Origin: Anthoceros angustus
Taxonomy: Eukaryota; Plantae; Anthocerotophyta
Assembly: GCA_010909165.1 (NCBI GenBank)
Contig: VJWM01000227.1
Span: 1-64,000 of the forward strand
Length of the DNA: 64,000 nt
Reading direction: 5' to 3'
The notes below the pieces were generated by a model. That model did no database searches and was not told where the DNA came from. It was given only the letters and a program-made list of their open reading frames with translations. The translations under genes and the position numbers were made by a program. The number at the start of each line of letters is the position of its first letter. The stretch's first letter is position 1. Below, one piece after another: positions 36,065 through 46,296 of the stretch.

Positions 36065-36907
36065 GCTCTTGGTTCAATGGATATAGTGACACAGGAGTAC
36101 ATCTTGGCAAATGTTCAGAGGGCAGACCTGGAGGATTAGGCCTGATAGTACAGTGTTTGCAGTTGTTGTTGTAGGTGTGAAACCTTTTTCGAAGAAGGAT
36201 GATGACATGGGAAGTAGGTGTCCGGCGCTTTTAATAGACTTCTCAGGCTCTACAGGACTATTCATGCTGAGTTACGAGTCAAGGTTTTTATTGTATGTTT
36301 TCTTGTTTTAAGATATACGTTTCATGACGGTTTTGGAAGGTGTGCAAATTTCTGATCGTTCTATAGAAAGCCATAAAAGTTCATGTTGTACAATGGTGTC
36401 CAAGATTTATGTACGCCGTGGCATCTGTTCTTTGGGCTCGGATGCATGGGTCGGTTCATTACAAATCGAACTCTTGAATTAAGACATGTGCATTTCTACA
36501 TTGGTTGGGCCAAAATGGGGTTCGGAGACAAACCCCAATGCTGAGAGACGTTGTTCTCCTCAGAGCTTGGGCAATCCGCGCTTGAAAGTTTCACATATGG
36601 AGGCAATGGAGTACCCAATGGTTTCCCCTTCTCCAAGTTGAAACGTTGAAGCACCCTGTTAATGTATTCCGTCTGAGACAAATAAAGCAGACGCTTATGT
36701 CTATTCCGACGAATACGCATGCCAAGTATATGGCTCGCCTCCCAAGTCTCATTATTTCAAAGTGAGCATTCAACTTTGACTTCAACAAATCTCATCAAGA
36801 CTGCTCCAAAGAATTAGCATATCATCCACATAGAGGATCAAAATGAGCAAGCTTTGATCCTTAGCTTGCTTCAGATAGAGGCAATGATCCTCATCGCCAC
36901 GCTTGTA

Positions 36908-38125
36908 GCCTTGAGAAAGCATAAATGAGTGGAACTTGTGATACCACTGGTGCCTGCTTCAAACCATAAAGGCTCTTCCTCAACCTCGCACACCGATTCT
37001 CTTTGCCCTTCTCAACAAAACCTTCTGGTTGCTGCATGTAGACGTCCTCTTGAAGGTCACCATGCAAGAATGCCGTCTTGACATCCATCTGTACAAGTTC
37101 CATATTATTCCTTGTACTTTGGTTTGCCATCATGGGGTATAACCTTCATCTTGTACACCCATTTGCATGGTAGTGACTTCTTATCCCTAGGCAACCGAAC
37201 CAACTCCTAAGTTTGGTTCTTATGCAGCGAATTGATTTCTGACTACATAGCCTTCTCCCACTTCTGTTTGTTACTCATTGACATGGCCTCTTTGTAAGAA
37301 GAGGGTTCCCCACAATCTGTCAGCATGACATAATCCAGAAATGGATCATACCGCCGAGGTCGTAATCCCGCCTCGACCTACGCATGTGCACCTCTATAGG
37401 AGCTTGTTCGACTCTTGGTTCATCTATCGGTGGAGGAATGTGCTCCGCACATTACCACGTATCAACCCGCCCATGATGATCATGTCCATCTTCTTGAAGA
37501 TCACCCTTCGCACCTCCACGGTTGGAGCCTTGAGAAAGCATAAATGAGTGGAACTTGTGATACCACTGGTGCCTGCTTCAAACCATAAAGGCTCTTCCTC
37601 AACCTCGCACACCGATTCTCTTTGCCCTTCTCAACAAAACCTTCGTTGTCGTGTAGACGCCCTCTTGAAGGTCACCATGCAAGAATGCCGCCTTGACATC
37701 CATCCGCATAAGTTCCATATCATTCCTTGTACTTTGGTTTGCCATCAATGGGGTATGACCTTCATCTTGTACACCATTTGCATGGTAGTGCCTTCTTATC
37801 CTAGGCAACCAACCAACTCCCAAGTTTGGTTCTTATGCACAATTCATTTCGATCGCATGGCCTTCTCCCACTTCTCTTTGTTACTCATTGACATGGCCTC
37901 TTTGTAAGAAGAGGGTTCCCCACAACTGTCAAGATGACATAATCCAGATGGATCATACCGAGGTCGTAATCCCGCCTCGACCTACGCATGCACCTCTATA
38001 GGAGCTTGTTCGACTCTTGGTTCATCTATCGGTGGAGGAATGTGCTCACGCACATTACCACGTATCAACCCGCCCATGATGATCATGTCCATCTTCTTGA
38101 AGATCACCCTTCGCACCTCCACAGC
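36908..38125. repeat. ~620-bp tandem duplication within copia B pol
   Basis: gccttgagaaagcataaatgagtggaacttgtg... at ~36908 and ~37527; the second copy is indel-rich. Confidence 0.85.
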
Positions 38126-39920
38126 TTGGAGTAGGCTTCGTGCATCTTGTTCTCATTGAAGAACACGCCGTTAGTACGAACAACCTTTCTAGCCTCGATC
38201 CCACAAACGATCCCATCTCACCAGAATCACCATAGCCAAGAAAAATACATTTCTTGGACTTAGGTGCCAACTTGTCCCAAACTCTTTTGGAACATGGCAA
38301 GATGCCTCATACCAAACACTCGCAGATGCTTGTAGGATGGTTTCTTTCCGCACTATAGCTCCTCGAACTCGCTCATCAAATTTTATTAGGAGATCATTAA
38401 TAAGATGAATCAGAGACATCGCTCGCCCAAAACCCATTAGGCAATCCGTAGTTTGACAACAAAACCACGATCCTCTCCTCGAATGGTTCTGCTCATCCGC
38501 CACCACACCATTTTGTGGAGGAGTATACGGCGCATAATTCTTTTGATTCCTTGGAATCATGTAATGACCGAAAGCTAAACATACTTCCACCATTATCCGC
38601 CCTTAGACACTTCAATCGGCCGATCGATTTCTACAAGGGTGACAAATTTCAAACACCGCCGAACTTCATCCTTTTTCCTCAAAGGATAAACCCACACCTT
38701 GCGTGAGAAATCATCTATGAAAGTGACAAAATAGAGGCACCGCCTAATGATGCAGAGGCATAGGTCCACATACATCATCGTGAACCAACTCAAGAGGTTT
38801 ACTACTTTACCTCTTGTTCGATGTGATGATTTTGTCTGCTTCCCATATAAACAAAGGCTCACACATCGAGAGATCGAGAAGTTAAGAACAGGATATAACC
38901 GTAATCTAGATAAAACCTTCATTCCCTTCTCGAGACATATGTCCTAACCGCAATGCCACAAGGAAACATTTGGTCGCTCACATGATCACATGATCTTTGA
39001 TGTTTACAAGTGAGTACAAAGTGCCACACTTCGATCCACGAGCTAACACAAGAGAACCTTTGAGATCTTCCAAGAGTGATCCCCAAACCAAGAAGTGGTA
39101 ACCAAAGATCATCCAACTGTCCTGCGCTAATCATGCTTTTTGTCAACTTCGGAACATGCCTAACGTCCTTCAGCATGAATGAAGATCCGTTGTCAAACTT
39201 GAGCTGCACATCACCAACGCCTGCGATCTGGCATGCGTAGTTATTTCCAAGCCTAACACATCCTTTCCTTGTAGCATCATACGTGCTAAACCACTCTCTA
39301 TGAGGAGTAACATGGAAAGATGCACTAGAGTCAATTATCCAATTGCACAATAAATGACTATAACATAATAATTTTTGAAGGGGGTGAATAATCTCGAAGG
39401 GGGTTTTCCGCAAATAATCTTTGAAGGGGGTTTTTGATGGGCCCTAAAACAGCGTTTTGAAGGCATTGCGAAAAACAGCTCCGTAAAAAAGGGTGTCACC
39501 CAGTAAAGTTTCTACTTTCCATCTAGCAATGTTTGTATCGAATGGTGGTCGCAAACTCGAACCTATGGGAATAATGCAAAGTAGGAACGGTGAGGAAGGC
39601 CGTTCCTGCCGGGAAGGGACGACTGTAAACTCAGTTTTGGGAGGAAAATGTGGTTTTGTTATGACACCACAAAAGCCACGGACAGGGAATTTCCCTAACA
39701 CGGTAACATCAAGAACTGGATTTACAACATTAACTCGGGACCGGAAAACGAGATTTCGCCACTCATCCCTGTGGTTCAATCCTTCGTCATCACTTGGTCC
39801 AGCTTCTCTTGCATTGTCATCACTATCTTCAGCGGCACTTTGACTCGCAGGTTGTATGAAGCCACGCAACTCGCAGAGCTTATCTCTTATCGCTTTTTTG
39901 TCCACCGCATACAGATGTTT

Positions 39921-40108
39921 CCCAAGTCGTCTAATTAACACACAAGTCGAAGTACTCTAATGAATTCATATCAATTGCATACACACCCAAGTCGTCTAAT
40001 TAACACACAAGTCGAAGTACTCTAATGAATTCATATCAATTGCATACACACCGAAGTCGTCTAATTAACACAGAAGTCGAAGTACTCTAATGAATTCATA
40101 TCAATTGC
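39921..40108. repeat. 65-bp tandem repeat, ~3 copies
   Basis: aagtcgtctaattaacacacaagtcgaagtactctaatg... at 39924, 39989 and 40054. Confidence 0.9.
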
Positions 40109-40277
40109 GCTTAATCAATAACATGAAATCTAAGTTAAATGGATCTTATTTCATGCTCTCTTCATTGCCTTGTAGTTGGATGCAATGCGATGTTCATCTA
40201 CTAGCAATGAGGAAAGAAGGCTAACATGAAACAATCAGCTAACTCTAACCCATGTTTGTGTATGAACCTTGGTCTCC

Positions 40278-40878
40278 AAATAAGTACATGCTGATAGGTG
40301 TACATATGTACTTCATCTCAAAATAAGTCCATGTTATTAGATGTACATATGTACTTCATCTCAAAATAAGTCCATGCTATTAGATGTACATATGTACTTC
40401 ATCTCAAAATAAGTCCATGCTATTAGATGTACATATATACTTCATCTCAAAATAAGTCCATGTTATTAGATGTACATATGTACTTCACCTCAAAATAAGT
40501 CCATGCTATTAGATGTACATATGACATTGTACTTTATCTCAAAATAAGTCCATGCTATTAGATGTACATATGTACTTCATCTCAAAATAAGTCCATGCTA
40601 TTAGATGTACATATGTACTTCATCTCAAAATAAGTCCATGCTATTAGATGTACATATGTACTTCATCTCAAAATAAGTCCATGCTATTAGATGTCCATTT
40701 GTACTTCATCTCAAAATAAGTCCATGCTATTAGATGTACATATGTACTTCATCTCAAAATAAGTCCATGCTATTAGATGTACATATGTACTTCATTTCAA
40801 TATAAGTCCATGCTATTAGATGTACATATGTACTTCATTTCAAAATAAGTCCATGCTATTAGATGTACATATGTACTT
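40278..40878. repeat. 43-bp minisatellite, ~14 copies
   Basis: Unit gtacatatgtacttcatctcaaaataagtccatgctattagat, head-to-tail, containing the palindrome gtacatatgtac. Confidence 0.95.
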
Positions 40879-42134
40879 GATAATTGTATGTCTATGTGTG
40901 AACTGTGGGCTTCAACATGTAAGTCCATCTTAGAGATAATCAAGGCGTAACCCACCTAGAGTGGGAAAGAGAAGACGAGGATTGTGTCTGACACCCTTTG
41001 TTATGTGCAGCTCACTCTTATGTTAAGTACATCCCAGTTGGTGTAGCTCTACGGTTTAAGGAGAAAGGTAGTTGTATCGAGGGAGAGGGGAGTTCAAACA
41101 GTTTGGTTTGAATTATTGCAAACTGGTGCGCTCTACATCGAAGTCCAAAGAACTTAATAATCTGTATGACATGATGGTATCTATAGGTGTTGTATAGATA
41201 GTGCCATGCTCCCGAGTAGTAAACTGATTTCTAAAGTAAAATGCAGGATTTTTTTTTCTCTTCTTAAATACTTTGTTCTTATTAACACATGGTCGCACTT
41301 TCAAGGGCTTGTAGATGTTTAGGATAGAGACCTAGAGAATCTCCTAATTGTAATAAATTCTTGTTTTTATCCAATTATTGATCTTTTGTGCTTGTCAAAA
41401 GACATTCGAGATGTGAGTTTGTTGGGTTTGTGAATATGCTGATGAGTTTGACAAGTACAATAACCTAACCAAAGGGCTGGTGAGTTCGCTTGTTTGGTGA
41501 AGATTTTGCTGATGAGTTCGACAGGTAGAGTAACTTGATTTTTTGTAGAGAAATTCTCTGTATTCAACCAAAATATGTACAAGTGTATCTTATTCTAGTC
41601 GTCACTTTGATGACGTGTCCTCACCGAAGAAACTACTTAGTACCTACATCTAGAGTTGGCTAGGAAAAATGAAAGACAAAAACAAGAAATGGAAGAAGAA
41701 CGAGGGGAGGGGAGGAGGAGGGAAGAAGCGAAGCCCCTCCTCCCCTCTAAATTTTATGTCCGCTCCCCTTTCCCTCTCCCACAACCTGCAATCACCCGAG
41801 CCAGCTATCACGCATATAGGCCTACGAGTATTATCCTAAGTACAAATGGAGCTGTCACCCCCGACTCATGACATCCTCCGCTTGGTCTTTCTAGCTGCCT
41901 TCGAAGGACTTAATTAATATCTTGGCCCAGTATCTTCGTTTGAAGCCAACAAGAAGTTTGGGGTCGTAAGGACACGGGCAAAAAGTGACCCAATTGGAGG
42001 AGGTGATGGCTTCCGCTTTCCCCATGCACCCCCACCATAACGTCAAACTCTACTAGAGATGCCAACATCTTTGATGATGTCTCGTTGGGCCCGTTATAGG
42101 CCTCCAGCTATGGAGGAGGCATACCTATTACAGC

Positions 42135-42450
42135 CATGGTTGTGTGGATCTAATCAAGGCAAGATTATACAAAGCCCATCAATCCACGGAAGGGTGTCAG
42201 GTCCCAGTAACAATGCGGTTGTATGGATCCAGGCAAGGCGAGATTATACAAAGCCCATGAATCCGCGGAAGGGTGTCAAGTTGCAGTAACAGTGCGGTTG
42301 TGTGGATCCAGGCAAGGCGAGATCATACAAAGCCCATCAATCTGCGGAAGGGTGTCAAGTTCTAGTAACGGTGCAGTTGTATTGATCCAGGCAAGGCAAG
42401 ATTATACAAAGCCTATCAATCCGCGGAAAGGTGTCAGGTCCCAGTACTAG
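42135..42450. repeat. 79-bp tandem repeat, ~4 copies
   Basis: tgtgtggatc...caaggcaagattatacaaagcccatcaatcc...ggaagggtgtca at 42141, 42220, 42299 and 42378. Confidence 0.9.
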
Positions 42451-43534
42451 TGCGATATATGAAAGATTTCCTCCTCCAATAGACCCCGAAGCCGTACGGA
42501 TCTGCAGTCTAGATAACTCCATATTGGCGCATCTGCTCAAGATGCTATTTATCAAGTAGGCGAGATCAGTCAAAGCCTAGTGGACCTCTGCTTGGCTTTT
42601 GTATCCTCTGGTGAATTCCGCAAGTTCCTCTCAACTTGGCTATGGCGCGAGAGCCAACCTCGTATGACGTTGATACGCTGGAAATTGTTGACTATGCGAA
42701 TAAAGTGTTTTTGGATATTGTGATGGAAGTTATCTCTTTAACACTTCTTGAATACAACAATTAATACAAAAGTTATTCAATTGGAAACAAGGGTGATCTG
42801 GGTCCTCTTCTAAGTGTGAAAAGGGCCGTACTGCAAGTCACTGTTACACTTGGGGGCCATATGTATAGATGCTATGGACTTAGTGGACAACAGTTATGCA
42901 AAAGACTTAGTGGACAAAGCTATACGTTAAGCTAGCAGAGGTAAGGCCACATATAACTCATAAATTTGGATTAAAGTTTAATGCAAAGGTATCACAACTT
43001 AACATAAGATAATATTGTAAAAGATCATCTATATGTTATAATAATATACGTATTAATCTTATGATAGTAAAGATAATACATATTGACCATTTTTAACTTG
43101 ATTAGACTATATGCAGAATGATTTGTGCGAAGCCCATTGATAGAAATAAGTAATTCAATTCAATTCAATGGTCTCATGCATACAACTCCTCGGCCGCAGT
43201 CAAGCGTGCCCTAACTCAAGCATGATACTATAGACCACAACCATTACATTTTCCTTTTCATAATCAATAGCATAGGCCACAACCATCATCTTTTCCTGTT
43301 TTGTTATATTTATCCGTTATGTTAGGTTCATCTGATGAGCTCGTTAGAGTTGGGTTAGCGGACAAGGCTGGGCCGGTTTGAAATTCAAAGACATTGCCAG
43401 GCTCGTGCTTTACCTAGTGCTTGGGGAATTTGTTTTTTGACACAATTATAAGCAGAGTTGCTCTTGCAACATCTGGTGATATTAGACCACCAATATAATG
43501 TCTTAGTACTACTCCGATATAATCTTATAGTCCA

Positions 43535-43627
43535 TGGAAGTAATCTTTTGTTCTGGCACACCATGGTGTCATGACTTGATACTTAATAACTTGTACCATG
43601 GTGTGCCAGAACAAAAGATTATTTCCA
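43535..43627. repeat. 33-bp inverted repeat with 27-nt loop (hairpin)
   Basis: tggaagtaatcttttgttctggcacaccatggt (43535-43567) pairs with accatggtgtgccagaacaaaagattatttcca (43595-43627), with one G-T mismatch. Confidence 0.92.
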
Positions 43628-43779
43628 CTATGAGACTATATGATAAGACTTCCGTTCATAGTAATATAATTTAAATACTAGATCATAAAAAAATTAAATT
43701 TAAATATCAAGAGTAAAAAAGGGTGTCAATTACACGTGTAACAAACAAATATGTCATCTACTTTAAGCTTTTTAGTTTA

Positions 43780-44817
43780 TTACGCTCTACACATATATTT
43801 TGCAAGCTTGCTAAAAAAACGGGTTAACTTTCTTCTCACAAAAGATTTCCGATGTAAAGGCCGTATTTCTTCCACAACATGAGAGCGAGAAGGAAGAGTG
43901 CAAAAAGCCATTTTTTCCGCAACAATAGAATCCTTCGTGGAACTATCATCATCTCCTACGTTACTCAAGAACTCCTCCATTACAACTATGTGATCATTAA
44001 AGGAGCTTATCTCAATGGGAAAAAGAGTTGTACTAGGCGAACTCACTTGAAAAATTTGCCCTCCTTTTTCTTTAGCCTTATCTTCCAATATTTCTTGTGC
44101 TCTCGTCGGAAACATTTTCCGAATCAATGTTGTAGTTAAGTTGTACATCTCCGGCTCCATATTTTGCTGAAAATAATGCCGTCTCTTACCACTCGACATA
44201 TACATATCTATCACATCAACCAAATATGAATCATCCATGCCTTTTACATTATCATGTGCGTCTTGCATAATATGATATATGGCTCTTTTTGCATGCTTTG
44301 TGAATGCAAGTGGAGCAAATATGACGTAAGCCTTGAAAGACAAATCAAAATCAACAGTTTCTGCATCATGCAAACCATCAAATATATCCATCAATCGTTC
44401 CGTGAAGGTTTTGTACATTTTCCACTTTAGAAGCAACTCCTCTATAAACTTTCTCGCCCATCCAATTTCATCGTGTGCATGTTTCTTGGCGAATGGATCA
44501 TCTTCAACACCAATAAGCTGTTGGTCAAGGGGAATGTAGGATAGCCCTTGGGCCAATGCTCTTTCATACAGTCCTACTAGCTCCAAGTCCCCTGTTGTAT
44601 ACTTTCTGATGCGATGGACAGCCATGTTTATAGATATAAACTCACCATCAACCATATTCACTAATCCTTGACAACCGTCCGATAAAAATTGGAGTACCTT
44701 TAATACACCGTTATCAATAAGCTCCATATCTTTCGAAACGCGTTTCAAGCTAGGAGTCCAAGGTTGAACTTCGTAGTTTATAAATGACTCATCATCCAGA
44801 TCCACTTTTCTCGCCAT
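43780..44817 (-). CDS. Stand-alone divergent Cullin N-terminal-domain-like protein (345 aa, intronless CDS)
   Basis: Colinear resemblance to the plant CUL1 N-terminus as I recall it: DMELIDNGVLKVLQFL ~ GWDYMQTGITKLKRIL; GLYERALAQGLSYI ~ QLYDKYREAFEEYI; FIEELLLKWKMYKTFTERLMDIFDGL ~ MLRELxKRWxNHKVMVRWLSRFFxYL; MDDSYLVDVIDMYMSSG...YFQQNMEPEM ~ IDRALLKNVLDIxVEIG...YExDFE. No cullin-homology or Nedd8 domain. Confidence 0.7.
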   Translation of the reverse strand: MARKVDLDDESFINYEVQPWTPSLKRVSKDMELIDNGVLKVLQFLSDGCQGLVNMVDGEFISINMAVHRIRKYTTGDLELVGLYERALAQGLSYIPLDQQLIGVEDDPFAKKHAHDEIGWARKFIEELLLKWKMYKTFTERLMDIFDGLHDAETVDFDLSFKAYVIFAPLAFTKHAKRAIYHIMQDAHDNVKGMDDSYLVDVIDMYMSSGKRRHYFQQNMEPEMYNLTTTLIRKMFPTRAQEILEDKAKEKGGQIFQVSSPSTTLFPIEISSFNDHIVVMEEFLSNVGDDDSSTKDSIVAEKMAFCTLPSRSHVVEEIRPLHRKSFVRRKLTRFFSKLAKYMCRA

Positions 44818-45519
44818 ATCTGTAATTTGAAATTGCAGAAACATGAAACATATACATACGAAATATATATTTCCACAAATTATGAACATGCATATACACA
44901 TACAAAATCCAATTGAAGGAAACTATAAATTTGCTTCTAGACTTGTTGTTCATCTTCTGATGATGTGTCACACATATATAGTCTTTGAAGTCTTTCTTTT
45001 TCGAAAACACATTAGGTTCAAATCGAGACCAATATTACCCATGATAAACATAGATTGTTTTTGCATTGATGCAAGGTGGAAAGATATAAGCCTCACCTCA
45101 CGAACTCTATAGTACTCAAGCATAGCTTCACATGGGCATACACACCCGAGTCGTCGTGTACCCAAGTCGAAGTACTTCAATGAATAACAAGTGTGCTCAA
45201 TCAGCAATCAATCACAGGATCCTAAGTTAGATGGATCTTTTTAGAATCATGGTCTTGTCATCCCCTTGGATTGAATGAGATGGTTCACCAGGTGAACTTG
45301 AAACAGTAAGCTAAGCAAAACCCATGTTTGGGCATGGTCTCCAATAAGTCCACCCCATTAGATGTACATATATACTTGATCGTTGTATATCTATGTGCCA
45401 ACTCCGGTGTGGAGTTTTTGAAGTATGCAAGTCCATCCCAAAGATATTCCAGGGCATAACACACACATGCTTGTCCTTAGTTCACCTTCAAGTACTTGTT
45501 TGCACTCTGACTTGAATGG

Positions 45520-46296
45520 CAGGGTGTTCATAAATTGGCAGATCCGGGAGGCCATGAATTGAAAGCTGGTTCCGGCATGGAGGCTCGAGCCAAATTGGCG
45601 GTGGGCACTGGGCGGGGGAAGGATGCACAGATGCCAAGGTGCGGAGACGCGAAGGAGGGAGAAAAAATATTCATGTCATCCGCCGGCACTGTCCCGACCC
45701 GGTCCCATTCAAATTCCATGTCGCCATAGCCCGGGCCCCCGACGTCCAGAATCGAGCTCGGGCCGGAGCACGCAGGCCTCGGCGTCGGCCTCGGCCTCCG
45801 AGCCCGCATTGCATTTAAATCTTGGGCTCCTTGCGCTGCTGAAGCCCGGGGCCCTGGCGCCTCGCGCCTGGCGGCCGTACACCACTGGGCTCGTCACGTT
45901 TCAACGGGTCATTCAATGACCGCCGTAACGTAGTGCGTGACAAAGTGAGCTGGGCCCCGGTGCAACGGCTCCCCGTTCCCCGACGAGGATCGCGGGCCGG
46001 GTGCCCTGGCCCTGGCCCCGGCCCCGGCCCCCGGAGGTGACATCCAGGGGTGCCGGACATTAAACCCCGGTCGTTAGGAACAGGCCAGCAGGCTTAATCG
46101 CCTAAGTACACACCTTTCCGACTGTCAGCCTGGCTCGAGCTCGCATTCTTTATGGCCGAACTGGGCTCACGCCCGGCCCAGCCCTTTTCAAATTGAACAA
46201 ATAAGCGGAGTGTAAGTGTGACATCATTAAGCGTCCTGGTCCTGGGGAGACGGGCCGGGCCGGGCCGACCCGGGCCCCGGCCCCGGCCCCCGGTAC
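45520..46296. mobile_element. GC-rich element with (GGCCCC)n / GGGCC subterminal-type repeats, possibly a non-autonomous DNA transposon
   Basis: Abrupt GC jump at cagggtgttc (45520); ggccccggccccggcccc runs at ~46005-46033 and ~46250-46292. No TIR pair or TSD found. Confidence 0.35.

Larger units (their letters stand above)
32041..36555 (+). mobile_element. Non-autonomous TIR DNA transposon carrying a DNA amino-methyltransferase-like gene
   Basis: TIRs aacagcgtctctcagcattggggtt (32041) and aaccccaatgctgagagacgttgtt (ends 36555) match at 24/25. TSD CTCC at 32037-32040 and 36556-36559. Removing the element restores the copia RT frame CPSSEEDKAEMEKV. Confidence 0.9.
29550..39350 (-). mobile_element. 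Ty1/copia LTR retrotransposon B, 5'-truncated and interrupted
   Basis: Protease WIIDSSASFHVT (~39340); integrase YFVTFIDDFSRKVWVY (~38720); [47 protein letters not shown]; RNase H AEYVAA...KEAIWL (~30130). PPT AAGTGGGAGG precedes the 3' LTR. Confidence 0.92.

Noticed and set aside
28168-36555. One 8.4-kb element defined by the long inverted match between 28168 and 36555
   Set aside because: Both are right-end-type termini from different insertions. Their flanks (AATC in copia A, CTCC in copia B) do not form a TSD, whereas 32041/30506 pairs with 36555 through CTCC.
40278-40878. CRISPR-like regular array
   Set aside because: Units are head-to-tail with no unique spacers, no cas genes are present, and the context is eukaryotic; it is a minisatellite.
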